This document shows positions 1-9,946 of a stretch of DNA of 64,000 bases, one piece after another. Under the pieces are notes generated by a model. The model was not told where the DNA came from, did no database searches, and saw only the letters and a list, made by a program, of their open reading frames with translations. Source of the stretch: Parcubacteria group bacterium Gr01-1014_13 (GTDB lineage Bacteria; Patescibacteriota; Patescibacteriia; Magasanikbacterales; GWA2-37-8); contig VMGB01000001.1 in the NCBI GenBank assembly GCA_007376295.1, positions 349,969 through 413,968 on the forward strand. Reading direction: 5' to 3'. Every line of letters starts with the position of its first letter. Positions within the stretch are counted from its first letter, which is position 1. Both the position numbers and the translations under genes were made by a program.

Positions 1-464
1 GATATTCTTGAATCAATGACATCTATATAAATTTCTCCCGGATGTTGCAACATCAGCTTTTCATTATAACCAACAAAATCAGAGCTACTGGGCAAATACT
101 TGTCCTCAACCCCATCAACGACTCGATAAAAAACATCTGGCTCGGGTAAATAATATCTTGATTCGTTTGGAGATAAATAACCTGACGGTTCAACTTTTGA
201 AACATCATATCCCCCTCCTCCCTTTATTGCTTTTTTCAACGGAACACAAACAGGTAGATCATCCTTTGCCTGTTGTCTAAATTCATAAAATAATTCCCTG
301 GATTTTTCATCAAGTTCTTCCGTAGGCTTAGATAATTCTTTGGATTGTCTTTCTAACGTCTGAAAATAAATTTTAAAGCTTACCCGAATATCTTTTGCCC
401 AATCGGGAAGTTCAGCTTGTTCTTTATCTTCATACCCTCCTCCGCCTTCACGAAATGGAGCCAT
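1..464 (-). CDS. hypothetical protein (5'-partial in window; continues beyond position 1)
   Basis: Minus-strand ORF with ATG at 462-464 and open to the window edge. Translation begins MAPFREGGGGYEDKEQAELPDWAKD... It lies 12 nt downstream of the frr stop, so an operon position is plausible. No recognisable family. Confidence 0.35.
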   Translation of the reverse strand, partial: MAPFREGGGGYEDKEQAELPDWAKDIRVSFKIYFQTLERQSKELSKPTEELDEKSRELFYEFRQQAKDDLPVCVPLKKAIKGGGGYDVSKVEPSGYLSPNESRYYLPEPDVFYRVVDGVEDKYLPSSSDFVGYNEKLMLQHPGEIYIDVIDSRI

Positions 465-475
465 AAAAAATAATT

Positions 476-1024
476 TTAAATCGTATTAATCTCCGCCTCT
501 TTCTTTTCAGTAATTTCTTTCACTTTATCATTGTAATCTTTTACCATTTTATCCAATTCTTCTTCTAAACGATACTTATCATCTTCAGTTACTTCGTTGC
601 CTTCCTCGGCAGACTTTATCATCTCTTTTACATCTTCACGAACTTTGCGCAAAGCAATTCTGGCAGTTTCTTCTTTTTGATGCAAAATTTTTATCAGTTC
701 CTGACGGCGTTCGCTGGTAAGTTCAGGTAAAAATATACGCACTTGACTGCCGGTATTTACCGGATTTATACCCAAACCAGAATCCCGCACCGCTTTTTCT
801 ATAGCACTCAAAACACCTTTGTCCCAAGGTTCAATATTTACTGTTTTGGCATCAGGGATATTTATTGAAGCCAAAGATTTTAAGGTTTGGTGCGTGCCGT
901 AGGCTTCTACCATAATATCTTCTACAATGGCAGCTGAAGCTCTACCTGTGCGCAGCCCGGAAATATCTTCCTTGAAAAAGCTGACCGCGCTCTCAAAATC
1001 TCCTTTAAAATCAGATATTTGCAT
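476..1024 (-). CDS. frr: ribosome recycling factor
   Basis: 182 aa, full-length similarity to RRF (MQISDFKGDFESAVSFFKEDISGLRTGRASAAIVEDIMVEAYG...). Confidence 0.9.
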   Translation of the reverse strand: MQISDFKGDFESAVSFFKEDISGLRTGRASAAIVEDIMVEAYGTHQTLKSLASINIPDAKTVNIEPWDKGVLSAIEKAVRDSGLGINPVNTGSQVRIFLPELTSERRQELIKILHQKEETARIALRKVREDVKEMIKSAEEGNEVTEDDKYRLEEELDKMVKDYNDKVKEITEKKEAEINTI

Positions 1025-1033
1025 AGGTATAAA

Positions 1034-2116
1034 TTAATCTAAAACTGTAAATCCTAAGAATAATAATTTACTATTTTCACGGCTCGTTACCAGGTCTACC
1101 GGTATAGTGTTAGTAGGCAGTTTTCTTGTTACCCAGTTTACTCCGCCATCTACGCTTTTGTAAAGAGTAGAGCGCACATTCTTGTTATTATCCCCTAAAA
1201 TTGTGCCGGTATAATAAAGTTCGTTAGGATTTCTTGGATTAAAGGCAAAACCGTAAATATTTACACTGCCTGGCGGCGTAAGCAATTTTATTTCACTCCA
1301 AGAGGCGCCGGCATTGTCGGATCGAAGTATCCCGTATTTAGAAATCCAGAATAAGCTGTCTTTTTGAGCGGTATTTAAAACAAATCGATTAAAACTTAAA
1401 CTGTCATTGAACTTTTCAAATCCATTTCCGGCATTAACCCAATTTTCACCGCCATCATCGGATCGATACAGCCCCTGGTTATACGCAGCAGCGTATAATC
1501 GGTTAGGGTTAAATGGATCTGCAACCAAATGACGCAGTTCAAAACCAAATCTCTTGATTATCCTCCAGCTCTGTCCGCCATCTCGACTGCGAAAAACATC
1601 TCCACCTAACTGCGCGCCGTAAATAATTTTGGAATCAGTTGTATCTACCGCTAAAGCCACAAATCTCTGGGTGGTTCTTTCTTCGGAGAATAGTAAATCA
1701 AAATTTCTCTGACAATCAGTGGTTTTAAAAATATGCTGACCATCGCTAACATAAATTGTACATTTGTCGCGCGGATCAACTGCTAAAGCGTAAATATATT
1801 TATTGGCTAGAGCAGCAGTTGCATTCCAAGTGTCGCCATTATCATAGCTATAGAACAAACCTTGGCCGCGTGTACCCATATATAAAGCTTTAGGGTCGCT
1901 AGGATCTGTGTAAATTTTGTATACCTTAGCTCCGGACAAACTTCTTACCCCTTGGGCGGTAAGCAGAGTTGATTTGGCTACCCAGGTTTCACCAGCATCA
2001 GCAGACCGAAAAACCCCCATTGGTCCTTGAGCAGTATTTACAAACTGAATACAACCGGCACCGGTAAGTACAAGCGCGGACAAAAGTCCGAGCAAAAGTT
2101 GAATTTTTTTGTGCAT
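1034..2116 (-). CDS. secreted BNR/Asp-box repeat protein (Ycf48/sialidase-like beta-propeller)
   Basis: N-terminal signal peptide. Six SxDxGxTW-type Asp-box motifs (SADAGETW, SYDNGDTW, SRDGGQSW, SDDGGENW, SDNAGASW, SVDGGVNW). Confidence 0.7.
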   Translation of the reverse strand: MHKKIQLLLGLLSALVLTGAGCIQFVNTAQGPMGVFRSADAGETWVAKSTLLTAQGVRSLSGAKVYKIYTDPSDPKALYMGTRGQGLFYSYDNGDTWNATAALANKYIYALAVDPRDKCTIYVSDGQHIFKTTDCQRNFDLLFSEERTTQRFVALAVDTTDSKIIYGAQLGGDVFRSRDGGQSWRIIKRFGFELRHLVADPFNPNRLYAAAYNQGLYRSDDGGENWVNAGNGFEKFNDSLSFNRFVLNTAQKDSLFWISKYGILRSDNAGASWSEIKLLTPPGSVNIYGFAFNPRNPNELYYTGTILGDNNKNVRSTLYKSVDGGVNWVTRKLPTNTIPVDLVTSRENSKLLFLGFTVLD

Positions 2117-2121
2117 ATCGT

Positions 2122-3048
2122 TTAATTAAAACTTAACAAAATTTGTTCAACGACTAGGCGCGGATTTATATTTTGCGCCAGTAAAATTTGTGATTTTTTA
2201 AAATTATCTACTAAGCCGGCCATTTCAGATAAAGACAGTCCTTCATTTTTTTGCGGATTAGCTACTTTTTCTAAAATTTTTTCTCTCCAGAGCACTGTCC
2301 AGGTCTGCAAAGCATCGGAAAGTTTTTCGCTAGTGCGGAGATTGTCGGTTTTTTCGTTAAATAAATCCTCGACCGCTTTTATTTTTTTATAAAATGGCGC
2401 TCCTGATATTTTTTGCCAGCGTTCTATTTCCATATTAAAATTTTTCCGCAACCCTTCATCAGTCGCTGCCATTACTGCTCGCCCCGGTCTGCCCCAAGAT
2501 AATTTTGTAGATTCGGCGGCCAGCTCTTGAGCATAACCCAGCTTTACCAAACCATTTTCGATAACTTTTTCATCTACAGATGAAAAATAGAACATCTGAC
2601 AACGCGAACGGATGGTAGCCAACAATTCATTGTCATCGGTAGTTAACAAAAAAAATACTCTTTGTTTCCCAGCTTCTTCCAGACTTTTCAGCAAGGCATT
2701 GCCTGACTCTTCATTTAACAACTCTGCTTCGTCTATTACTATCACCTGATAACCGCCAAACCAGGATCTCCGGCCCAATTTTTCCTTTAGCTGTCGAACT
2801 TGGGCAATACCAATATCTTTTTTTAGTTTTTCCGTTTTTTCGTCTACTTGGCGGCTAAGATAATAAAAATCTGGATGCGTATCCAGTTGTTTGTCAGTTA
2901 TTTTTAATACTTGCGCAGCCAAATATTTAGCTACTGTTTTTTTACCCACACTCTCGGTGCCAACAAAACAATAAGACTGGGACAGCGCGCTGTTGGCTAT
3001 CACCTTGTCAAAAAATGAGATAATTTTTTCGTGGCCGATAAGGGACAT
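2122..3048 (-). CDS. holB: DNA polymerase III delta' subunit-like AAA+ protein
   Basis: 308 aa. Walker A-like GTESVGKKT, the LIVIDEAELL box B, and an SRC-like motif (TIRSRCQ), typical of clamp-loader delta'/gamma folds. Confidence 0.65.
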   Translation of the reverse strand: MSLIGHEKIISFFDKVIANSALSQSYCFVGTESVGKKTVAKYLAAQVLKITDKQLDTHPDFYYLSRQVDEKTEKLKKDIGIAQVRQLKEKLGRRSWFGGYQVIVIDEAELLNEESGNALLKSLEEAGKQRVFFLLTTDDNELLATIRSRCQMFYFSSVDEKVIENGLVKLGYAQELAAESTKLSWGRPGRAVMAATDEGLRKNFNMEIERWQKISGAPFYKKIKAVEDLFNEKTDNLRTSEKLSDALQTWTVLWREKILEKVANPQKNEGLSLSEMAGLVDNFKKSQILLAQNINPRLVVEQILLSFN

Positions 3049-3092
3049 TTTATTTACGAAATGAGCTCCTCGGAGCTTGCTCCGAACAGCCT

Positions 3093-3470
3093 TTATTTTA
3101 ATTTAGACCTGACTTTTTCTACTACGTCATTTATATTCCAATCCGCTTTCACTAAATACTCATACACTCCGTGTTCCATTGCCTCCGCCACCTTCTTTCC
3201 ATCGCTCAAATTGGTGAGTAGTATTACCTGTGCGTTTTTCCCCCAGGAATCTTCACGTAATTTCCTTAACATAGTCATGCCATCCATAACAGGCATCACA
3301 ATATCCAACAAAATTAAATCAGGATGATGACGCAAAGCCTGTTCCAAACCAACCTCGCCGTTTGGAGCTTGTATAATCTCAAATTTTTCGATGCTAAATT
3401 TCTGGGACAAAACTCCCAAAAGATCCACTTCGTCTTCCACGATAAGAATTTTATTTCTAGTTTTGGCCAT
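3093..3470 (-). CDS. single-domain response regulator (CheY-like receiver)
   Basis: 125 aa with ILIVEDE and LILLDIVMPVMDG motifs (phospho-acceptor Asp region) and no output domain. Immediately downstream of a histidine kinase. Confidence 0.8.
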   Translation of the reverse strand: MAKTRNKILIVEDEVDLLGVLSQKFSIEKFEIIQAPNGEVGLEQALRHHPDLILLDIVMPVMDGMTMLRKLREDSWGKNAQVILLTNLSDGKKVAEAMEHGVYEYLVKADWNINDVVEKVRSKLK

Positions 3471-3497
3471 ACAATAAATTTATGTTAAATAACTAGA

Positions 3498-4826
3498 TTA
3501 AACAACTAGCTCTTTTTCACCGACAACTTTTTTCATGCCGCCTTTAGGAATAGTGAAGTGAAACGCGCTCCCTTTTCCTTCGATTGATTCAAACCAGATT
3601 TTTCCTCCGCTTATTTCTACTATTAATTTGACTATGTACAAACCGAGTCCCGTTCCGCCGGTATAAAATTTAATGGCGTTATCGGCACGGAAAAACTTGT
3701 CAAAAATTTTATTTTGGACATCGGCGGGAATGCCTATTCCCTCGTCAACCACGTCAATCTGATAATACTCTTCTATTTCTTTAAAATCAACTTTTGTTTT
3801 GCACTTCCTTGGTTTGGAATAGTGAACAGCATTGTTTAATAAGTTTAAAAGAGCCTGTCTAAACAAAACCGTATCCACATTGATCAGAGGCAGTGGCCGA
3901 AACGGTTTATTGAATATAATAGCGCAATTTTTGGCCTCGGCGTAAGCAGAAACCTCGGAAATAATACTGGAAATTGTCGCTATTATATCTGTCGGCTTTG
4001 GTTCGACTTTAATTTTTTCGGCATCCAAACGCGAAATATTAAGCAAAGAATTGATGAGGGTAGCCATACGCTTTTCTCCGCGTTCTATTTCAGATAAGTA
4101 CCGTTTTTGCTCTGATGTTAAATTATCATTATTCTCGCCTCTTAACAGTTCCGCGTTCCACTTTATAACTGTAAGCGGGGTGCGTAATTGATGGGAAGCA
4201 AAAGAAATAAAATCTGTCTTCAATTGTTCCGCTTCTTTGAGCTTGGTAATATCTCTTTCCACTCCAACAAAAAACTGTATATCGCCTTTACTGTCTAAAA
4301 TTGGCGCGATTCTTAGTTCGGCCGTATAGGCCTGGCCATTTTTTCGATGATTTACTACGTCGACAATAAAAGTATGTGTTTGGCCGTTTTTTCGATAATT
4401 TGTCAATTCGCCGACAAAAGGCTTCTTTTCTGTTTTTATAGTATGCCACATCTTCTCATAAAAATCTTTTGACATGTTTCCACCCCAAAGCTCTCCGGCC
4501 TTTTTCCCTATAGCTTCTTCCGCTTTGTAGCCGGTAATATTCTCGGCGGCTTTATTCAGATACAAAATAACGCTATTTTTATCGGTAATCATGATGTGAT
4601 CGGACTCGCTGTCTACGGCCAGCTTAAATTTATCCAAGTCTTTGGCTAATCTACTAGTCGTTCTATTTAAAAAATAAATAAAAAACGCTCCTTCCAACAA
4701 AATTAATGCTATAATATGCGCTGTCTTGTTATTTAGGCTTAACCAACCCGCCACCGCCGCTAAAAATACTGCCATTAAACTCAATGTAGCGAATGGTCGT
4801 GTCTTTGTTTTAAAAATATTAAGCAT
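3498..4826 (-). CDS. sensor histidine kinase (2 TM, PAS, HisKA, HATPase_c)
   Basis: N-terminal TM helices, a PAS-like segment (ITDKNSVILYLNKAAENITGY), H-box FASHQLRTPLTV, and G-boxes GGTGLGLYIV. Confidence 0.8.
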   Translation of the reverse strand: MLNIFKTKTRPFATLSLMAVFLAAVAGWLSLNNKTAHIIALILLEGAFFIYFLNRTTSRLAKDLDKFKLAVDSESDHIMITDKNSVILYLNKAAENITGYKAEEAIGKKAGELWGGNMSKDFYEKMWHTIKTEKKPFVGELTNYRKNGQTHTFIVDVVNHRKNGQAYTAELRIAPILDSKGDIQFFVGVERDITKLKEAEQLKTDFISFASHQLRTPLTVIKWNAELLRGENNDNLTSEQKRYLSEIERGEKRMATLINSLLNISRLDAEKIKVEPKPTDIIATISSIISEVSAYAEAKNCAIIFNKPFRPLPLINVDTVLFRQALLNLLNNAVHYSKPRKCKTKVDFKEIEEYYQIDVVDEGIGIPADVQNKIFDKFFRADNAIKFYTGGTGLGLYIVKLIVEISGGKIWFESIEGKGSAFHFTIPKGGMKKVVGEKELVV

Positions 4827-4887
4827 AATTTTTTCGTAATCTATATTATATTATAACATAGATACAAAAAAACCTAAATCTCCGCGC

Positions 4888-5895
4888 CTATTTTGTCGCC
4901 AAAATGCTTCTTTTATAATTTTCCAAATTATCCAAAGCAATCCCCACGCCTTTGGCAACGCAAAGCAGTGGCTCTTCGGCCACATAAGTAGCCACGCCAG
5001 TTGCTTGAGCAATAAGTTCATTTAAATTTCGCAGCATCGCCGAACCGCCCGATAAAATTATGCCTTTGTCTATAACGTCCGCCGAGAGTTCCGGCGGAGT
5101 TTTATGTAAAACTTCTTTGATGGCTTCAATTAAATTTCCTAAGTCGTGCTGCAAAGCTTCGGTAGTATCATCAGAATTTACTGTAATAGTTTTTGGTAAA
5201 CCAGAAATCATATCCCGGCCTTTCAACTCATAGGTTAAAGGTTTGTCCATATACATCGCCGAACCAATTTTTATTTTTATTTCTTCGGCCGATCTTTCGC
5301 CAATGGACAAATTATATTTATGACGAATATATTCTATGATAGCCTGATCAAATTTGTTTCCGCCAATTCGCGCTGATCCCCAAGAAACAATTCCACCCAA
5401 AGATATTACGGCGATTTCCGATGTTCCACCACCAATATCTATAATCATATGCCCAGAAGCCGCGCCAATAGGGATATCTGCGCCAATAGCAGCCACCACT
5501 GGCTCTTTGATGATATATGCAGCACGGGCACCAGCCGCGATAGTAGCGTCAATTACCGCTCTTCTTTCCGTAGAAGTAATCCCAGCGGGCACTGTTACCA
5601 TTACCTCAGGGCGAAAAAGGTGGACTCCCCCTAAAGCTTTGTTTATAAAATACCTAAGCATCGCTTCGGTAGTATGATAATTGGCAATCACGCCGTCTTT
5701 TAATGGTCTTTCAGCAACTATAGAATCAGGAGCGCGGCCAATCATGTCTTTAGCTTCCAGTCCTACGGCCAATACTTTGCCGTCTACTTTGGACACAGCC
5801 ACCACACTAGGCTCGTTTATTACAATGCCTTTTTTCGGCACATACACCAAAACATTGGTGGTCCCCAAATCAATACCAATTTTTTTGATGAACAT
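4888..5895 (-). CDS. mreB: rod shape-determining protein MreB
   Basis: 335 aa actin-like ATPase (IGIDLGTTNVLVYV, DIGGGTSEIAVISLGG). Confidence 0.9.
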   Translation of the reverse strand: MFIKKIGIDLGTTNVLVYVPKKGIVINEPSVVAVSKVDGKVLAVGLEAKDMIGRAPDSIVAERPLKDGVIANYHTTEAMLRYFINKALGGVHLFRPEVMVTVPAGITSTERRAVIDATIAAGARAAYIIKEPVVAAIGADIPIGAASGHMIIDIGGGTSEIAVISLGGIVSWGSARIGGNKFDQAIIEYIRHKYNLSIGERSAEEIKIKIGSAMYMDKPLTYELKGRDMISGLPKTITVNSDDTTEALQHDLGNLIEAIKEVLHKTPPELSADVIDKGIILSGGSAMLRNLNELIAQATGVATYVAEEPLLCVAKGVGIALDNLENYKRSILATK

Positions 5896-5910
5896 AAATA
5901 AAAGTGGTAA

Positions 5911-7335
5911 CTAGTTCAAATTAACTTTGAAGTCCCTGTCTAACCGTAAATCTGTTTTGTAATTATAAATTTGATTTCCTAAATCTGTTTTGACTTCCCC
6001 AGGTTCCGCGGAAGATATATTTTTACCAAAGTTAAGATCCAGAGTCAATCCGCTAGCGATAGTTCCTGCTTGTTTTTGAACAAATAAATTATATGAATTC
6101 TTTTTTATTTTCTCAACCACTGTTGGTGATAAATAAAATTGCCAAACCAACTCACCAGTTTTGCCCGGCTCGATAGAAGTAAATGTGCCAAACCATTGCT
6201 TGCCGTTTTCTACTCCCTGATCTACAACGCCCGGTTCGGTTGTGCGGTCCTTTTTCATGCTTCCTAACACAGAAACAAACTGGCTCCCCGCAGGCAAAAA
6301 TACCCGAGCATAAGTTCTGTATCTAGTAGTAAATTTAGTAAAAGTTCCTTTGTTGGTATATTTCATTTTAACAGTGGCAATATATCTACCACTAGTGGTT
6401 GGCGCAAATGAATAAGACAGTTCACGATCCATCACTTTATCAGTTTTTAAAGCTGCCAAGTTAGCGTCTACCCACAACAGATAATCGCCTGAGGTTTGCT
6501 TCATTTCTCCAGCCCAATTTTTTGCTAATAAAACACTTTGTGTTTCCGGATCAGTGGAATAAGCAATAATATGTTTTTCTGCTAACATTCTCTGGCTTAG
6601 AGCCCAATACTGCGACCAATGTTTTAAAATGTCTCCGCGAATACGGGCCATCAAAGCATGGGTTAAATCCGCCAAAACTTTTTTACGTTCATCAAAATGC
6701 AGTCCTTGATCGGCATAACCAAACTCAACCTCATATTCCAATTTTTCTGTAAAATTCTCTGCAGTAAATACTTGGCCATTTACCGTAATAGGTCCGCCGA
6801 TTTTTAGAACTTCTTCTAACAGAGTTGGGGTAATACCAATTACTCCGGTAATATCTTCGGCTGCCGTACCCCTTTCTTTTTTAAACAGATCCATTCCTTT
6901 TATAGACGAACTGGCAAAATCTGGAGACCAGTTGCTGTCGCGAAAGCCCCATCTTTTTATAGATAAATATTTTTGCAGCGGCTCGGGCGGCACAGACGGG
7001 AAATCTTGCGGACTACGATTATCTAAAATTTCGGTTCCTTCCACTTTTAAAATTTCCGGCATACCCTTGTTGACCCGTACCACACCATAAGCGCCGATAA
7101 ATCCCCCACCCGGACGAATTTCTGTGTTGTTTAAAAATAAAATAAGATATGTTTGCGGCTGGGAAAAACCAAGAACCTTTTGAATAAGATTACTTTCGTT
7201 GACATTGGAGGTAATCTTCTTACTTACTTGCTCTACCACCACGCTTTGCAATTTGCCGGAACGATACCAAGAACGCAGGGTTAGAGCTCCTGCCACCAAA
7301 CCAACTACAAGTAAAAGAAGGATGTATTTACGCAT
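5911..7335 (-). CDS. membrane-anchored extracytoplasmic protein (DUF4012-like)
   Basis: 474 aa with a single N-terminal TM helix and a large exported domain. Sits directly upstream of a processive GT2, a pairing often seen for DUF4012 proteins. Family assignment from memory only. Confidence 0.4.
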   Translation of the reverse strand: MRKYILLLLVVGLVAGALTLRSWYRSGKLQSVVVEQVSKKITSNVNESNLIQKVLGFSQPQTYLILFLNNTEIRPGGGFIGAYGVVRVNKGMPEILKVEGTEILDNRSPQDFPSVPPEPLQKYLSIKRWGFRDSNWSPDFASSSIKGMDLFKKERGTAAEDITGVIGITPTLLEEVLKIGGPITVNGQVFTAENFTEKLEYEVEFGYADQGLHFDERKKVLADLTHALMARIRGDILKHWSQYWALSQRMLAEKHIIAYSTDPETQSVLLAKNWAGEMKQTSGDYLLWVDANLAALKTDKVMDRELSYSFAPTTSGRYIATVKMKYTNKGTFTKFTTRYRTYARVFLPAGSQFVSVLGSMKKDRTTEPGVVDQGVENGKQWFGTFTSIEPGKTGELVWQFYLSPTVVEKIKKNSYNLFVQKQAGTIASGLTLDLNFGKNISSAEPGEVKTDLGNQIYNYKTDLRLDRDFKVNLN

Positions 7336-7345
7336 GAATTTTGGG

Positions 7346-8830
7346 TTAAGTTCTTTTTTTCACCGATACATTGAAACCTAAATATTTTCCAAACATCAAA
7401 TGAGTAACTGCGTCCAAACAAGGAAGAGAGGAAAACAAAATCAAAGAAACCGGAACCAGCGCCCACTGCAAAACCATGAATAAATATTGATGGCGCGGTT
7501 GATTTCCCGGGCGTCTGGGTAGTATTAGCATACTCATTATTGCCGAAACAAACAAGCCCATCATGGCCAAAGTCATCAACACTTCCAAAATATTTGGGGC
7601 ATTAAAGAATAGTGCGCTCTGCCGAACTTCATCACCCGCTACCCAAAGCGGCAGACGGCCGATGAGCGTAATTAAAATAGCCACTACAGCCCAACTCCAC
7701 TTACCTTCCCATTCATGAAAAAGAGTGGTAAATTTTTTTATCCAGCTAATTTTTTTGTTTTTACGAAACTGCCACAACAAGTAAGGAATATGTTCGGTGC
7801 CCCAAGCCCAACGTCGCTGTTGTAAATATAAATTTTTTAAACTTTTCCACCAGCTCTCATCGCGCACTGTATCCATAGAAACAGGAATATAAAGCGGCGT
7901 GACTTCGTAATCTCCATTATACCTCAACCAACACTGATAAAAAATACGCGAATCTTCGCTGATAATATCTTTGCTATGGCCGCCACAATCCATAATCGCT
8001 TTAAAGCTCATGCTGTGCGAAGAAAAAGTAATTAAGTTATCTAATCTGGCCAAACTAAACAGCATCCAAAAACTGGTACCAAACGCCATAATACGAATTA
8101 TTGCCGGCGATTCCCAGAGATTGTTGTTATACAAAGTTAGCGGTTGAAACGAACTGCGTTCCGGGCGAGGGTGTTTACAATATAAATAGGACAGATGGGC
8201 AAAGTACTGAGGATGAACAATAGTGTCGATATCAAAAATGGACGCGATAATGTCGGCATAATCCCAACCGCGAGCATCGGCATATTTTTGGAATTCCATT
8301 TCCGCATTATGGATATTAGAACCTTTACCAGGGATTTCATCGGGCAAATTATCAGGGTGCGTATAAAAAATTAAATCGGCAAATTTACCGGCATAACTTT
8401 CAGCTATGCGGGTCTGCATTTTTTGCCAATGCTCTAATTTTCGTCCTTCTCCGGAAATAACCAAATAAATTTTACTAGCTGGGTAGGTAGACGCTAAAAA
8501 ACTATTCAATGTTGATTCAATCACTTCCCAACCTTCATTGTATAAGGGCAAAAAAATAACATTTTTTCTTTTCTCCCAAAGCGGAAATTCTCTGGTCAAA
8601 CTTTCAAACCAATCGGCACGGATAGCCTTACGAAAACGCCGCCATGATAAAAATAGATAAAAAGAAAAATAGATAACCCGCAGTACCCAGTAAACATCGA
8701 AAATTAAAATAAAATAAATCATCCATAAAGGTTTTATGAATGATAAAGTTATGCTGACAATTAAAGTCAGCCAAATAGTGAGGCCAGGTAAAATTTCGTA
8801 TAAACGATAACGATGATAATTTGAAAGCAT
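7346..8830 (-). CDS. processive family-2 glycosyltransferase (cellulose/chitin-synthase-like, membrane-integrated)
   Basis: 494 aa with N- and C-terminal TM helices, a GT-A catalytic core, and a QxxRW motif (LQQRRWAWG) characteristic of processive beta-glycan synthases. Confidence 0.7.
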   Translation of the reverse strand: MLSNYHRYRLYEILPGLTIWLTLIVSITLSFIKPLWMIYFILIFDVYWVLRVIYFSFYLFLSWRRFRKAIRADWFESLTREFPLWEKRKNVIFLPLYNEGWEVIESTLNSFLASTYPASKIYLVISGEGRKLEHWQKMQTRIAESYAGKFADLIFYTHPDNLPDEIPGKGSNIHNAEMEFQKYADARGWDYADIIASIFDIDTIVHPQYFAHLSYLYCKHPRPERSSFQPLTLYNNNLWESPAIIRIMAFGTSFWMLFSLARLDNLITFSSHSMSFKAIMDCGGHSKDIISEDSRIFYQCWLRYNGDYEVTPLYIPVSMDTVRDESWWKSLKNLYLQQRRWAWGTEHIPYLLWQFRKNKKISWIKKFTTLFHEWEGKWSWAVVAILITLIGRLPLWVAGDEVRQSALFFNAPNILEVLMTLAMMGLFVSAIMSMLILPRRPGNQPRHQYLFMVLQWALVPVSLILFSSLPCLDAVTHLMFGKYLGFNVSVKKRT

Positions 8831-8834
8831 AATT

Positions 8835-9206
8835 TTAGCCTATACGCGCTTCCCCGCTATATGTGGGAATAACGTATTTACCTACCACGGCTGATTTGGC
8901 TAATTCAAGAGCGGCTGTTTGATCAAAATTTTTAGGCAAAGCTACTGCCGGTATTTTTAAACTATATGCCAGCGTATTTACTGTTGTCACTGCCAACCGG
9001 GAAGCTGTAAACCGTCCTGCGCCCACAACTACACCTAAGTACTTAATATCTTTTCGGGTTAGCTTCAAACTTGATAGTAATTTATCCAAAAAAATTAATA
9101 CATCTCTATTGTCCTTTGTTTCAAAAATTCGTTGAATAAATTTGTTATCCAACGAAAAATCAAAGATTACTTTGCCTTCTTCTGTATTATCAACAATCAA
9201 AAACAT
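8835..9206 (-). CDS. tsaB: TsaB/YeaZ-like protein (short form)
   Basis: 123 aa. N-terminal YeaZ core (LIVDNTEE...LGVVVGAGRFTASRLAVTTVNTLAYSL). Shorter than canonical TsaB. Confidence 0.45.
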   Translation of the reverse strand: MFLIVDNTEEGKVIFDFSLDNKFIQRIFETKDNRDVLIFLDKLLSSLKLTRKDIKYLGVVVGAGRFTASRLAVTTVNTLAYSLKIPAVALPKNFDQTAALELAKSAVVGKYVIPTYSGEARIG

Positions 9207-9224
9207 ACGTTTTTTTGATAACTA

Positions 9225-9833
9225 TTATAGCTGACTAAGTTCGTCTATAACACTGACATGTTTAGCTTCAAAGATGCTGTATAAGAACTTATCGCCTATC
9301 TCTCTGCGGTCGTTCCATTCTTTTTGGGTCATAATGGTGTAGCGCAAAGATTTACCCAGCTTCTTTTCAAATTCACTAATAAGCTTTGATACCAAAACCG
9401 GCTTGATTTCTCCCACCAATAAAATATCTGTTTCTACACTCTTGGCATCGGTAAAACAGCCGGTAAACAATAACACCTTTATCTTGCCGGCTTTTTCTTT
9501 CAAAAGATCAATTAATTCCCGCTCATACAACATCTGCGCTTTGAAGAGTAAAGACTTCATTTCTGGATATAACAAACAAGCTGGATCTAGCTTATAGTAT
9601 TTAGAGCGGCCAGTACCCACGCCTTCCGCTACCTCTACTTTATCTATGGCCATAGGCATTATCAGGCCAACCTGTTCCAAATTGGCCAGCTCTCTTCTGA
9701 TGGCATTAAGTTGGGATTCGGCCAACCGAGCTAGCTCTCGAACATAAAAAGGCCGTTCGGGTGAATGGAAAAAGATATATAAAAGCTTTACCCTGGTCTT
9801 TGAACCAAAAAGTTGTTCAAGCATATTTTGCAC
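9225..9833 (-). CDS. winged-helix transcriptional regulator-like protein
   Basis: N-terminal wHTH signature (SKTRVKLLYIFFHSPERPFYVRELARLAESQLNAIRRELANLEQVGLI). C-terminal domain of unknown function. Divergent from the large membrane protein gene. Confidence 0.45.
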   Translation of the reverse strand: MQNMLEQLFGSKTRVKLLYIFFHSPERPFYVRELARLAESQLNAIRRELANLEQVGLIMPMAIDKVEVAEGVGTGRSKYYKLDPACLLYPEMKSLLFKAQMLYERELIDLLKEKAGKIKVLLFTGCFTDAKSVETDILLVGEIKPVLVSKLISEFEKKLGKSLRYTIMTQKEWNDRREIGDKFLYSIFEAKHVSVIDELSQL

Positions 9834-9877
9834 CTAAAGATCTATGTATATTAATGAAGTCTTAGTCCTTGTTTATT

Positions 9878-9906
9878 TTTACATTTTAAGGCCAGTATAG
9901 TATAAT
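9878..9906 (+). promoter_or_regulatory. sigma70-type promoter for the 9947 gene (TTTACA-17-TATAAT)
   Basis: TTTACA at 9878-9883, a 17-nt spacer, and TATAAT at 9901-9906, 40 nt upstream of the ATG. Confidence 0.5.
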
Positions 9907-9946
9907 TATAATGACTTAAAAAGTCAAAATCAAGCTAAACAATCCC

